64,000 nucleotides of DNA, taken from Sedimentisphaeraceae bacterium JB056. GTDB lineage: Bacteria; Planctomycetota; Phycisphaerae; Sedimentisphaerales; Sedimentisphaeraceae. The position numbers and the translations under genes were made by a program. Location of the stretch: NCBI GenBank assembly GCA_044440125.1, contig JBITAJ010000015.1, forward strand, positions 192,001-256,000, written 5' to 3'. The number at the start of each line of letters is the position of its first letter. Position 1 is the stretch's first letter. The notes under the pieces were generated by a model. That model was not told the origin of the DNA. It did no database searches and was given only the letters and a program-made list of their open reading frames with translations. Shown here one piece after another: positions 18,916 through 29,053 of the stretch.

Positions 18916-21039
18916 ATGCCTGAATATAAGAAACTTAATGATCCCAAATTATTTATAAATCGCGAGTTGAGCTGGATAGAATTTAATCGAAGGGTGCTCT
19001 TGCAGAGTTCAAGCAAGGGGCAGCCTCTTCTTGAAAGACTCAAGTTTTTATCCATAGTAAGCTCTAACTTTGATGAATTCTTTATGATACGTGTTGCCGG
19101 TTTAATACAGCGAAGAGATGCAGGAATAGCGAAGAAAGATATAAGCGGCCTCACAACAAATCAGCAGTTGAAGAAGATAAGAGAGAACGTCTGCGAGGTT
19201 CTTGAAAGACATTCTGAAATACTTAGGGATGTTGTTAAACAGCTTAGGAAAGAAAAATTGGATATAGCTGAAGTTGACAATCTTGATCCCAGGCAGATAA
19301 CTTTCCTTGAAGGCTACTTTGTTAATGAAATCCTGCCTCTTCTAACGCCTCTGATGTTAAAAGATAAAAATTTAAGCCCTGTAATTCCGGGGCTTGGGAT
19401 AAATATTGGCTTGATCATTCAGAGAAGTGTCAATGAGGCTGATGGTACGCAAGAAAAAAAGCGAGTGGTTATCGTTCCGGTGCCTAAAGTATTGCCTTCG
19501 TTCATAAGTGTACCTTCTGAAAGTGGTTTGTGTCTTGTTCCGGTAGAAGATGTTGTAAGCAATTATATAAAATTATTGTTTCCCAAAGAGAAGATATTGT
19601 CTAAAGCCGTTTTCCGTGTTACACGTGATGCCGATGTTGAGATACAGGAAGATGAAGCGGGCGATCTTCTGGAGACAGTTGAAAAAGCTGTTATATCGAG
19701 GAGAAGGCGTGAAGTGGTTCGCCTTGAGCTCAGTGAGGGTTACGATAAGCAAATAAGCGAGCGGCTTGCGAACTGGTTTGCTCTTAAGAAAGATGATATT
19801 TATGTGACAGATAGTCTGATGGATTCATCACGGCTTATTGAAATATTGAAACGTCCAGGTTTTGAACATTTGAAAATAAATGAATGGCCGCCTCAGGTTC
19901 CCGGGGATTTGGCTGATTGCAAAGATATCTGGCAAAGAATAGACGGGCAGGACGTGTTGTTATTTCACCCTTATGAGAGCTTTTCTCCCGTTGTCCGTAT
20001 GATAGAAGATGCAGCCAACGATCCTGATGTTCTCGCTATAAAGCAGACACTCTACAGGACCAGCGGTGACTCACCAATTATCAGTGCATTGGAAAAAGCG
20101 GCTAAGAGCGGTAAGCAGGTTACTGTTCTTGTAGAGCTGAAGGCCAGGTTTGATGAGCAGAACAATATTGTATGGGCAAGGCGTCTTGAAGATGCCGGGT
20201 GTTACGTAATATACGGTATAAGTGGATTCAAAACGCACTCAAAGGCGTTGCTTATTGTTAAAAGAAAACAGTCAAGGATTTGTCGGTATGTTCATCTTGC
20301 GACAGGTAATTATAATGATAAAACAGCCAAGATATATTCAGATGTTGGGTTGCTTACATCTGATACCGATATCGCTTCCGATACTGCTGCTTTTTTCAAT
20401 TTGCTTACTGGATACTCTGATATTGTACCGCTTTCCAAGCTGACAATTGCTCCTACAAATATGAGGCAGAGAATAATTGGTCTCATTGAGCGAGAGATCA
20501 GTAATTCTACTCCTGACCGAAAAGGTCTTGTAATGGCAAAGATGAATTCACTTGAAGACCCTGAAATATGCAGGGCTCTTTACAAGGCGTCAATGGCTGG
20601 AGTTAAGGTCAAATTGAATGTCAGGGGCATCTGCTGCTTAAGACCCGGTTTGAAAGGTGTTTCTACGAATATAGAGGTTTGTTCGATTGTTGATAGATAT
20701 CTGGAGCATTCGAGGATCTTTTATTTTGCTAATGGAGGACATGAAGAAGTTTATCTAAGCAGTGCTGATTGGATGAGGCGTAATCTTGATTCAAGGCTTG
20801 AAATACTTTTCCCGGTTAAATCTGCTGAATTGCGTAAAAGACTTGTATCGATATTGAATACATTCTTTAGTGACAATGTCAGCTCTTACTTACTCAGGAC
20901 TGATGGAAGTTATAAGGCCAGATATTCTAAGGGAGAAAAAGTCAGAGCTCAGCAAAAATTCTACGAGGATGCAGTTGACTATCTTCGTACAGTCAAGAAT
21001 TCACGTACTAAATTTCACCCTATGACGAGACCGAGATAA
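18916..21039 (+). CDS. ppk1: polyphosphate kinase 1
   Basis: NRELSWIEFNRRVL, DEFFMIRVAGL, HPYESF, IKQTLYR, ELKARFDE, KTHSK, RYLEHSR, SADWMRRNL. Confidence 0.97.
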   Translation: MPEYKKLNDPKLFINRELSWIEFNRRVLLQSSSKGQPLLERLKFLSIVSSNFDEFFMIRVAGLIQRRDAGIAKKDISGLTTNQQLKKIRENVCEVLERHSEILRDVVKQLRKEKLDIAEVDNLDPRQITFLEGYFVNEILPLLTPLMLKDKNLSPVIPGLGINIGLIIQRSVNEADGTQEKKRVVIVPVPKVLPSFISVPSESGLCLVPVEDVVSNYIKLLFPKEKILSKAVFRVTRDADVEIQEDEAGDLLETVEKAVISRRRREVVRLELSEGYDKQISERLANWFALKKDDIYVTDSLMDSSRLIEILKRPGFEHLKINEWPPQVPGDLADCKDIWQRIDGQDVLLFHPYESFSPVVRMIEDAANDPDVLAIKQTLYRTSGDSPIISALEKAAKSGKQVTVLVELKARFDEQNNIVWARRLEDAGCYVIYGISGFKTHSKALLIVKRKQSRICRYVHLATGNYNDKTAKIYSDVGLLTSDTDIASDTAAFFNLLTGYSDIVPLSKLTIAPTNMRQRIIGLIEREISNSTPDRKGLVMAKMNSLEDPEICRALYKASMAGVKVKLNVRGICCLRPGLKGVSTNIEVCSIVDRYLEHSRIFYFANGGHEEVYLSSADWMRRNLDSRLEILFPVKSAELRKRLVSILNTFFSDNVSSYLLRTDGSYKARYSKGEKVRAQQKFYEDAVDYLRTVKNSRTKFHPMTRPR

Positions 21040-21105
21040 AATTATTTTACCTGAATCTTTGAGAAGGTTTGGCGGATTGTTATAAAAGTTTATTTTTTTA
21101 GGTTA

Positions 21106-21146
21106 TTCACAAAACAGCTTTTTTTGTTACAATAAAAGCTGTTTTG
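21106..21146 (+). promoter_or_regulatory. inverted repeat overlapping putative promoter
   Basis: CAAAACAGCTTTT...AAAAGCTGTTTTG with TGnTACAAT (21125-21133) in the loop and TTCACA at 21106. Confidence 0.45.
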
Positions 21147-21178
21147 CTCATTAATATGAAAATTTAATAGATTTAAGG

Positions 21179-21736
21179 ATGATGGAAATGTCTAAGCAGG
21201 TATTAGTGCCTATATCCGATGGGGTTGAGGAGTTAGAAGCTATAACAATAATTGATGTTTTAAGGCGAGCCGGTGCGGAAGTTACCGTTGCAAGTACAAA
21301 TGAAGATCTCGCAGTGGTGGCAAGCAGGGGAGTAAAGCTTGTGGCTGATGCTCCTATTTCGGTTTGCGTATGCAATAAATATGATCTTGTTGTCTTGCCG
21401 GGTGGAATGCCCGGAGCCGAACATCTCAGGGATTGTCCTGAAGTTGCAGAAATATTGAAGCGACAGAGATGTCATGGGAAGTATTATGCGGCTATATGTG
21501 CATCACCGGCAGTTGTTCTTGCTCATCATGGACTTTTGCCGGGGAAAGCTACTTGTTACCCAGCTATGCAGGAAATGCTTGGCGATAGTGCTGTTGATCA
21601 GACCGTCGTTATTGATGGTTTATGTGTTACCAGTCAAGGACCTGGGACAGCTATGGAATTTGCTCTTGTACTTACCGAACTGCTTTTTGGCGAAGAAAAA
21701 CGCACAGAGATAGCCCAGGGTATGCTTGTCAAGTAA
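21179..21736 (+). CDS. DJ-1/PfpI family (YajL/ThiJ-like) protein
   Basis: GVEELEA, DVLRRAG, LPGGMPGA, AICASP, TSQGPGT. Confidence 0.92.
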   Translation: MMEMSKQVLVPISDGVEELEAITIIDVLRRAGAEVTVASTNEDLAVVASRGVKLVADAPISVCVCNKYDLVVLPGGMPGAEHLRDCPEVAEILKRQRCHGKYYAAICASPAVVLAHHGLLPGKATCYPAMQEMLGDSAVDQTVVIDGLCVTSQGPGTAMEFALVLTELLFGEEKRTEIAQGMLVK

Positions 21737-21744
21737 GGAGCTAT

Positions 21745-22782
21745 ATGATTTTCTCAAAAGGAGGACTATTATATCTCATACTTGCGGTTTTTATGATCGG
21801 ATGTTCTGAGAGTGAGCTGGCGGACTCAAAGGGAGGTGATAAATGGCTTAAAAGCTATTTGAAAAAAGAACCGGTAGTTCGCTCTATTGAAGATCTGGGA
21901 GGAACATACGGCCCAGGATTGTTAATCAAGACTGATCATTATGACATATACACCACTGTGCAAGATGTGCTTATGCTGCGTCAGATTCCGGTATTTCTTG
22001 AGAATGTGCAGTCTGAATACCGCAAGATAAGCGGTGTTGATTCAGTTTCGAAAAATCGCAATAAGATATATATATTTGAAACGCGGGAGCAGTGGGAAAG
22101 TTTTGGAGAATACTTCACGGCAGAGTTGTGGCCAGTTTATAAACGAATCGAAAAAGGTGCTTATTACGTTAAGGGAGCCTGTGTTGCATACAATATCGGT
22201 AGAACAGATACTTTCGCTATAATTGCTCATGAAGGGTGGCATCAGTTTAGTCACAGGTATTTCAAATATCGCATACCGGCATGGCTTGATGAGGGAATTG
22301 CGATGCAGTTTGAAGGCTTTAAAAAATATAAGGGCAGGTATGTATTCTCTTCTTCTTACAATTATATGAGGATGCAGGGTCTCAAACGTGCTTATGAGCA
22401 GGGTTACAAGCCATCTCTTGTCGAATTGCTTACAGAAAATCCTGCTGTTGTAATAAGTGGTCAGCAGGATGATGTTGCTTTGAGAGTAAATGCTTACTAT
22501 AGCAAAGTTTATGCTTTAGTAAGGTTTTTGCGAGAGTATAATGGAGGCATTTATCGTCCAAGGCTCGAGAAAATGATACAATCACTTCAGGAAGGCAGTT
22601 GGAAAGTTGATGATGATCTCGCAAGTCTGCTTGAAGATAGGAACAACAGGCTTACAACAAAAATAAATCATGAAGTCGGTATTCAGCTTTTTACGGATTA
22701 TTACGGCAAAAAACTTGATACTATTGAAGAACAATTTGATATGTATTGTTATTGTCTTGTTTTGAAACAGCTTGAAAAGTAG
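21745..22782 (+). CDS. lipoprotein with peptidase-MA/DUF1570-like domain
   Basis: AAGGAG RBS and ATG 21745; lipobox MIG-C; HEGWH (HExxH) and PAWLDEGIA. Confidence 0.72.
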   Translation: MIFSKGGLLYLILAVFMIGCSESELADSKGGDKWLKSYLKKEPVVRSIEDLGGTYGPGLLIKTDHYDIYTTVQDVLMLRQIPVFLENVQSEYRKISGVDSVSKNRNKIYIFETREQWESFGEYFTAELWPVYKRIEKGAYYVKGACVAYNIGRTDTFAIIAHEGWHQFSHRYFKYRIPAWLDEGIAMQFEGFKKYKGRYVFSSSYNYMRMQGLKRAYEQGYKPSLVELLTENPAVVISGQQDDVALRVNAYYSKVYALVRFLREYNGGIYRPRLEKMIQSLQEGSWKVDDDLASLLEDRNNRLTTKINHEVGIQLFTDYYGKKLDTIEEQFDMYCYCLVLKQLEK

Positions 22783-22787
22783 TCTGC

Positions 22788-24518
22788 TCACTCTAAGATA
22801 ATTGCTTTTCTCATCTTACGGACAGAATTAATCACATAGATATTGTCAAACTTGTTTATGTCGTTGAGTTTTATTACTTTCTCCTCAAGCTGGCCGTCTG
22901 TTATCATTTTCTTTCTCATTACACCGGCTAAGAGACCGGATTCTATTGGTGGCGTATAGAGCTTTGAGTCTTTCTCAAATATGATATTGTGAAATGTACA
23001 TTCTGTAACCTCATTTTTCTCATTGAACAGAATTACTTCATCACAATCCCCTCTTTGTTCGAAAGCCTTTTGATAGATATTTCTGCATGTGGTCTTGTGA
23101 TAAAGGTACAAATTGGATGAACTGACAGGCTCTTTGCTTATGGCAAGCTTTACTGTAGAGCTGTCGATATTTACAGCCTGAGATTCTACTGTTATCGCAC
23201 CGTCTTTCGCAAGCAATAGCCGTATCTTATATGTATTTTTATCGAGAGACCGAGCAGCTTCTTCGAGTCTGTCTGTGATTTTTTTCTGATCATATTTAAA
23301 GCCGAAGTATTCCGCGCTCTTTGATATTCGACTAAGATGAAGTTCAAGTAGATAGAATCCTGAATCGCTTGACCAAAGAAGGCTTTCGAGCAATTCAAAA
23401 TCTTCTGTTCTCTGATTTAAAACTTTGGTCTTGGTCAGGCATTCGTTGTATTCGTTTTCTGCTGTGGAATCCCATACAATTCCGCCGCCAACCCCGTAAG
23501 TGGCTGAGTCGGTGGTTTTGTCAATTTCAACAGTTCTTATTGCTACATTAAAGACAGCTTTTTCTGAAGGTGCAAAATATCCTATAGAACCGGTATATAC
23601 GTCGCGTGGAGATGTTTCAAGAGCGGAGATTATTTCCATGGTACGGCATTTAGGTGCTCCGGTTATAGATGCGCAAGGAAAAAGGTGTTTGAATACTTCG
23701 AAGGCATTTTCGTTTGTTTGTGCTGTGATTGTAGAGCTCATTTGGTGCAGGGTTGGATAAGTCTCAAGCTCAAAAAGTTTAGGTACCTCAACGCTGCCTG
23801 GTGTGGCTATTGTACCCAGATCATTTCTAAGCATATCCACTATCATCACATTTTCAGCCATATCTTTTTCAGATTTTCGGAGTTTTTGCTTTGCATCAAG
23901 ATCGCCTTCAAGGCTCCTTCCCCTTGCAATGGTACCTTTTATTGGCTTTGTGATTATTTCGCCCTTATCATATTTGAAGAAGAGTTCAGGTGAAAAAGAG
24001 CATATTGCGAATTCCTCTGTCTCAATAAAGCAGCAATAGCCCGCATCACTTTGACTTGCTGTTGATGCGAAAAAAGACAAAGGGCTTATATTGAAATCAC
24101 TTTTAAGCCGAAGCGTGTAGTTGACTTGGTAGGTATTACCCAGAGCTATTTGTTTTTTGATCTCAGAAATATGGTTCCTGTAATCTTGATATGGTGTGTC
24201 AATTTGCCAATTTAACTCGCTTAATACGGGATTATTTGAATATTCCTCAATATTTATAAGACTATAATCTTCAAATATAGCAAACCACGCAAGCGGTAAA
24301 TTGGAGTTTGTTTCATGTTTTGTGCGGAGCGAGTCATCGAAAGCTCTGGCGGCCTCATATTTGACGAAACCAACTGAATATTTACCTTGTTGGGAATGTT
24401 CAAAGGCTTTTTTGACTGCTTCTTCAGTATTTGCTATGGTATCAGCCTGAATTATTTCCAGCGGTTTTTTGAAACAAAGCCACTTGTCTTTATCTTTTAT
24501 GATTACTTGTCTACACAT
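22788..24518 (-). CDS. pabB: aminodeoxychorismate synthase component I fused to class IV aminotransferase/ADC lyase-like domain
   Basis: TYQVNYT, SPELFF, ENVMIVDMLRNDL, FPCASITGAPK, GVGGGIVWDS; C-terminal LLELHLSR, YHKTT, GLLAGVMR, NSVR. Confidence 0.9.
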   Translation of the reverse strand: MCRQVIIKDKDKWLCFKKPLEIIQADTIANTEEAVKKAFEHSQQGKYSVGFVKYEAARAFDDSLRTKHETNSNLPLAWFAIFEDYSLINIEEYSNNPVLSELNWQIDTPYQDYRNHISEIKKQIALGNTYQVNYTLRLKSDFNISPLSFFASTASQSDAGYCCFIETEEFAICSFSPELFFKYDKGEIITKPIKGTIARGRSLEGDLDAKQKLRKSEKDMAENVMIVDMLRNDLGTIATPGSVEVPKLFELETYPTLHQMSSTITAQTNENAFEVFKHLFPCASITGAPKCRTMEIISALETSPRDVYTGSIGYFAPSEKAVFNVAIRTVEIDKTTDSATYGVGGGIVWDSTAENEYNECLTKTKVLNQRTEDFELLESLLWSSDSGFYLLELHLSRISKSAEYFGFKYDQKKITDRLEEAARSLDKNTYKIRLLLAKDGAITVESQAVNIDSSTVKLAISKEPVSSSNLYLYHKTTCRNIYQKAFEQRGDCDEVILFNEKNEVTECTFHNIIFEKDSKLYTPPIESGLLAGVMRKKMITDGQLEEKVIKLNDINKFDNIYVINSVRKMRKAIILE

Positions 24519-24607
24519 TTATTATTTGCCGTTGATCGAATTAAACTTGGGTTTAAGCAGATTGTATCAGCAAAGTTTAGCAATTGCAGGCAAATTGTGA
24601 AGAATTT

Positions 24608-25468
24608 TTAAGCAAGAAGGGTCAGGTTTTTCTTTATACCGGTATTTTCCCACTTAAGGACATCGATCATGCCATTTGGTGAAATCCTGATAAAATCGGA
24701 ATTTCCCATAGACCATGCCCCGCTATTATAATAGCAGTCTTTGAAATAACCGGCTTTATGTGTATGGGCGTTGATAACGATATGCTCTTGGTCAAGGTGC
24801 TTCTTGTATCTGTTTATAGTTTTTATATTATGCTTATGTTTGAGCATTTCAACTGCAAGCTTCTGGATTGTCATTGATTCGGTTATGAATTTATTTATGC
24901 CAAGTATCATGGTTGACCATGCAGACGCGATAGAGGCCTCTGCTTCAAAAATAGCAGACCTTATATTGTCAGAGTCAAATATTTGTCTTTTGGCAAAATG
25001 CTCTACAATTATTGCAAAATGACCGAGTATTTTACCAAATGACGGTCTTATGAATTTGTTGAGAGTATCTACTTCGTGTCCGTGACAGAATATTATCTTT
25101 TTGTCTTTAATGTTCACAGAAAAGGGTTCTGAAATTTTATTGAATATCCCATACTTATCTTTAAGCGTTTTGGATACATTCAATACCGCTCTATCATGAT
25201 TGCCGGGGACGTAGACGCAATCAAGTTCAGAGAATCTCTGGATTATATCAGGATGTGTTTTGACTATTGATGAAAGGCGGAATCTCCATAGGTCAAAGAA
25301 ATCTCCAAGTATCACTAACTGGCCGTTTTCTTTCTCTATGTGGTCAACGAAGCTGAACAACTGCCTTATGCGTGCAGGTTCATTGAAGCTGTCACGTCTG
25401 CCAAAACCTAAGTGAAGATCACTTATGACGTAGAGAGGTACGTCTTGTTTTTTCAAAGAGTAGTTCAT
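24608..25468 (-). CDS. calcineurin-like metallophosphoesterase (LpxH2/PlcP-like)
   Basis: SDLHLG, GDFFDLW, GNHD, HGH, AHTH, YNSGAW. Confidence 0.82.
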   Translation of the reverse strand: MNYSLKKQDVPLYVISDLHLGFGRRDSFNEPARIRQLFSFVDHIEKENGQLVILGDFFDLWRFRLSSIVKTHPDIIQRFSELDCVYVPGNHDRAVLNVSKTLKDKYGIFNKISEPFSVNIKDKKIIFCHGHEVDTLNKFIRPSFGKILGHFAIIVEHFAKRQIFDSDNIRSAIFEAEASIASAWSTMILGINKFITESMTIQKLAVEMLKHKHNIKTINRYKKHLDQEHIVINAHTHKAGYFKDCYYNSGAWSMGNSDFIRISPNGMIDVLKWENTGIKKNLTLLA

Positions 25469-26595
25469 GCTATTGTCAATTCTTTTTCAAAATCAGGTTT
25501 TTGCCAGTCATAGCCTTTTATTGATACTTCAAAATTTGTAAGTTGTTCGAGAGTATCAGATAATACAGAAAAATATCGTTCATTATCCGGCATAAGAACC
25601 TGCTTTTGATTAATATAATAAGGTTCATCAAGCCAGTCAATAAAAGATTGCAAAGAAACTTCATTAAAATTGTTGACATACATCCCACCGCCTATTTTGG
25701 CCATGTGATATGCGTTTACAATTTGTTCAATTTGCATATCTATCGGTTTAATGAACATCTTCTTTCTAAAATGCAGACATTCGCTTATGAGTGAAAATCC
25801 GCCTGTAGCGATTACACCGCGGCATCTTGAGAGGTCGTAAATGAACTCTTCGGCGTTGTGTTCTTTGAATACGCAGTTTTTGTGCCCGTCTACTTTGGTA
25901 AATCCGTAGAGATGGAACTTTTGCCTTGGGAACAGCTTTGACAGCTCAAGGAATTTTTTCAGACAGGTTTCACTGGTAGCGTAGAATATAATGAAGTCAC
26001 CATCATTGCTTGGTTTGTAATCAAGGAGTTTTTCTCTTATGACAGGTCCGGTTATTTTAACCTTATCATTATGCGGTTTTGCCTCAAAGAAGTTCAGGAC
26101 TATATGTGAATTAACGCCTGTCAGATAGTTTTTGGTTACAGATTCTGATGATAATCGTGCCAAAAGGGCGGTTTTGGGCTTTTCGTAGTCGCATTTGCAC
26201 AGCAGATGTTCGTGGTCTACGCTTAGACATGGGACTTTATTCATGTATGCCCAAAATGATGTAAATGGCTCAAAATCAGTTATTACTACATCAGGAGCAA
26301 AGTCAGGATATGTCTTGGTGAAAGCTTTATGATTGATTTTTATCATTTCAGGCAAAGCTGCCAAATTAGTCAGGAATGTTTTCCCGAGTGAAACACGTGC
26401 ATTAGAGTAATGAAAGGTAAGCCCGTGTATTTTTGAGACTTGATCAGGAAAATAATTGCTCAGATATTTGTAAGACTTGTTCGATGCAGCAAACAAAACC
26501 TCGTGACCTGCTTGGTCAAGTTTTTGAGCAGTCAGGTGAGAACGGCTGCTGTGTCCAAACCCCTCACCGGCAACGCCATATAATATCTTTGCCAT
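25465..26595 (-). CDS. MJ1255/VC2487-family glycosyltransferase
   Basis: KILYGVAGEGFGHSSRS, ITDFEP, TGGFSLISE, QIEQIVNA; ATGA overlap with next gene. Confidence 0.85.
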   Translation of the reverse strand: MAKILYGVAGEGFGHSSRSHLTAQKLDQAGHEVLFAASNKSYKYLSNYFPDQVSKIHGLTFHYSNARVSLGKTFLTNLAALPEMIKINHKAFTKTYPDFAPDVVITDFEPFTSFWAYMNKVPCLSVDHEHLLCKCDYEKPKTALLARLSSESVTKNYLTGVNSHIVLNFFEAKPHNDKVKITGPVIREKLLDYKPSNDGDFIIFYATSETCLKKFLELSKLFPRQKFHLYGFTKVDGHKNCVFKEHNAEEFIYDLSRCRGVIATGGFSLISECLHFRKKMFIKPIDMQIEQIVNAYHMAKIGGGMYVNNFNEVSLQSFIDWLDEPYYINQKQVLMPDNERYFSVLSDTLEQLTNFEVSIKGYDWQKPDFEKELTIA

Positions 26596-26833
26596 TTTGT
26601 TTATCCATAATATTAATAACGCTCAATTAAACTGGATAAATCATAATCATGATATAAGAGCTTTGGATTAGCATAATATTATTCTTTGATTAGGGCGTTT
26701 AGTTATTGATTCAGTGGCTTTTTGCCAGTTAATAATTGTTCGAAAAGTCTTGCAAAAACACCGGTCTTGATTAATATATGTTTGGGTGTTAGTTTAGTAG
26801 ATATATCTTATAAGTTGTTAAGGTGAGTATTAG

Positions 26834-28120
26834 ATGATTGAAAAAATCGAAGATAGAACCGCGAAAATAGCGGTTATCGGGCTAGGTTATGTCGGTTTGC
26901 CTCTTGCGGTTGAGTTTGGAAAACACTTTGATACCATAGGCTTTGACATAAACCAGAAAAGAGTCGATGAGCTTGCAAAAGGCTACGATAGAACTCTCGA
27001 GGTTGACGAGGCCGGGCTCAAGTCCTCAACTAAACTGACTTATGACTGTACCATTGAAGGCATTAGAGAAGCTGTTATTTATGTTGTGACGGTTCCCACT
27101 CCAATAGATAGGTACAAAAAACCTGATTTAACACCTCTTGTTAAGGCAAGCGAGACAGTGGGTAAGGTGCTTGAAAAAGGCAATATTGTCATTTATGAAA
27201 GCACTGTTTATCCCGGTTGTACAGAAGAGGAATGTGTTCCTGTTCTTGAGAAGGTGAGCGGGCTTAAATTCAACTCTGATTTCTATTGTGGATACAGTCC
27301 TGAGAGAATTAATCCGGGTGATAAAGTTCACACTGTTACTCAGATCAAGAAAGTAACAAGTGGTTCCACGCCTGATATTGGCAAGGCCGTAGACGCTCTA
27401 TACAAGACGGTTATCAAGGCGGGTACGCATCTTGCATCAGGCCTGAAAGTGGCTGAGGCCGCAAAAGTTATCGAAAACTCTCAGAGGGATATAAACATTG
27501 CTTTTGTTAATGAACTAAGTAAGATTTTCAGCCTTATAGGAATTGATACTCTTGAGGTTCTCGAAGCAGCGGGTACAAAATGGAACTTTCTACCGTTCAG
27601 ACCAGGTCTTGTAGGCGGACATTGCATAGGTGTTGACCCTTATTACCTTACACACAAGGCTCAATCACTTGATTATAATCCGGAAATCATCCTTGCTGGA
27701 AGACGTATTAATGATGGCATGGGTAAGTATGTTGCTTCTGAAGTAGTCAAGCTTATGATCAAGAAGGGGCATAAAATACAAGGTTCAAAGATTCTTGTGC
27801 TTGGTATTACCTTTAAGGAAAATTGTCCGGATATACGTAACAGTCGTGTTATTGATGTTATTGAAGAGCTAAATGACTATGGATGTGATGTTTGTGTTTA
27901 CGATCCATGGGCTGATGCTGAAGAGGTAAAACATGAATATGGTATTGATTTGTGTGAGAAGCCTAATTGCGGACAGAAAGCCGAATGTGATGCTGTTGTA
28001 TTAGCGGTTGCTCATGACAAATTCAAGGAACTTGATTTCAAGAAATTTACCAAAGATAACGTCGTAATATATGATATCAAGGCTATGCTCAGCAAAGATG
28101 TTGTTGACGGCAGGCTCTGA
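26834..28120 (+). CDS. nucleotide-sugar dehydrogenase (TviB/WbpO-like UDP-HexNAc dehydrogenase)
   Basis: [54 protein letters not shown]. Confidence 0.93.
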   Translation: MIEKIEDRTAKIAVIGLGYVGLPLAVEFGKHFDTIGFDINQKRVDELAKGYDRTLEVDEAGLKSSTKLTYDCTIEGIREAVIYVVTVPTPIDRYKKPDLTPLVKASETVGKVLEKGNIVIYESTVYPGCTEEECVPVLEKVSGLKFNSDFYCGYSPERINPGDKVHTVTQIKKVTSGSTPDIGKAVDALYKTVIKAGTHLASGLKVAEAAKVIENSQRDINIAFVNELSKIFSLIGIDTLEVLEAAGTKWNFLPFRPGLVGGHCIGVDPYYLTHKAQSLDYNPEIILAGRRINDGMGKYVASEVVKLMIKKGHKIQGSKILVLGITFKENCPDIRNSRVIDVIEELNDYGCDVCVYDPWADAEEVKHEYGIDLCEKPNCGQKAECDAVVLAVAHDKFKELDFKKFTKDNVVIYDIKAMLSKDVVDGRL

Positions 28121-28143
28121 TAGGGCTTTTATATTTTGATTTT

Positions 28144-28184
28144 AAAAAGGAGAGAGTAACAATTTGCTACTCTCTCCTTTTTTT
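28144..28184. terminator. bidirectional intrinsic terminator
   Basis: AAAAAGGAGAGAGTA...TACTCTCTCCTTTTTTT between convergent genes. Confidence 0.85.
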
Positions 28185-28188
28185 AGCA

Positions 28189-28971
28189 TTATTTAACCTG
28201 TATTCTGGTTATTTTCTCACATTTCTTTGTATTTGAATCGATTGTAGAGATTATGCCTGTGATACGGCAGTCTTCATCATTTACTTCGTATGGATAGGGC
28301 AGTTGAGTTCTCATTGCCTTAACAACATTTTCAACCTTTCTGCCAAGTATTGAATAATGTGATCCTGTCATGCCGATGTCCGTTATAAATCCTGTACCTA
28401 ATGGAAGAATCTTCTCATCGGCTGTCTGTACATGTGTGTGCGTACCATAAACAAGCGAAGCCTTGCCATCAAGGTAGTACCCGAGAGCAGCCTTTTCGCT
28501 TGTAGCCTCGGCATGAACTTCAATGATTATTATGTCTGATTGAGATTTAACCTTGGATATTATATTGTCAATGCAGGAAAACGGGCAGTCTGCAGGATTC
28601 ATGAATACTCTTCCCATCAATACCACAACACCTATTACGGTTCCCTTTGAGCATTGGTAAGCCGTAAATCCTTTGCCGGAAGCTAATTGTGATATGTTTG
28701 CCGGGCGGATTATGTTGCTGTTCTGGTCGAGGGTGCTTAATATGTCACGTTTTCTGAACGCATGATCTCCGAGGGTTATGATATGGACGCCTGAATCAAT
28801 CAAGGCTCGGTAATGCTTAGGTGTAATTCCTGAGCCGGCAGCGGAATTTTCTGCATTTACTATTACACAGTCTATCCCGTGGGCTTCGACCATTGATGGT
28901 AATTTGGAAATCAGGAGGTCCCTGCCTGCTTTACCGACTACATCGCCTATACAAAGTACATTAATTTTCAT
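28189..28971 (-). CDS. ymdB: YmdB/TIGR00282 metallophosphoesterase
   Basis: IGDVVGKAGR, NAENSAAG, HAEATSEK, GTHTHVQTADE, TDIGMTG; downstream of rny. Confidence 0.92.
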   Translation of the reverse strand: MKINVLCIGDVVGKAGRDLLISKLPSMVEAHGIDCVIVNAENSAAGSGITPKHYRALIDSGVHIITLGDHAFRKRDILSTLDQNSNIIRPANISQLASGKGFTAYQCSKGTVIGVVVLMGRVFMNPADCPFSCIDNIISKVKSQSDIIIIEVHAEATSEKAALGYYLDGKASLVYGTHTHVQTADEKILPLGTGFITDIGMTGSHYSILGRKVENVVKAMRTQLPYPYEVNDEDCRITGIISTIDSNTKKCEKITRIQVK

Positions 28972-28992
28972 TTTTGCCTTACTTATAAACAT

Positions 28993-29030
28993 AAAACCCC
29001 CGAGCAATATCAGATTGCGACGGGGGTCTT
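28993..29030 (-). terminator. terminator-like hairpin between rny and ymdB
   Basis: minus strand AAGACCCCCGTCGCAAT-CTGAT-ATTGCTCGGGGGTTTTATGTTT. Confidence 0.65.
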
Positions 29031-29053
29031 GTTATATCAAATTCAGATTCTTA

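Noticed and set aside
21622..21744. N-terminal extension of the DUF1570-like ORF (similarly 8447-8569, 41344-41421, 60436-60504)
   Set aside because: The extensions overlap neighbouring genes or promoter regions and bury the signal peptides; downstream ATGs fit better
22788..24518. PabB-PabC fusion as a novelty
   Set aside because: A widespread, known architecture
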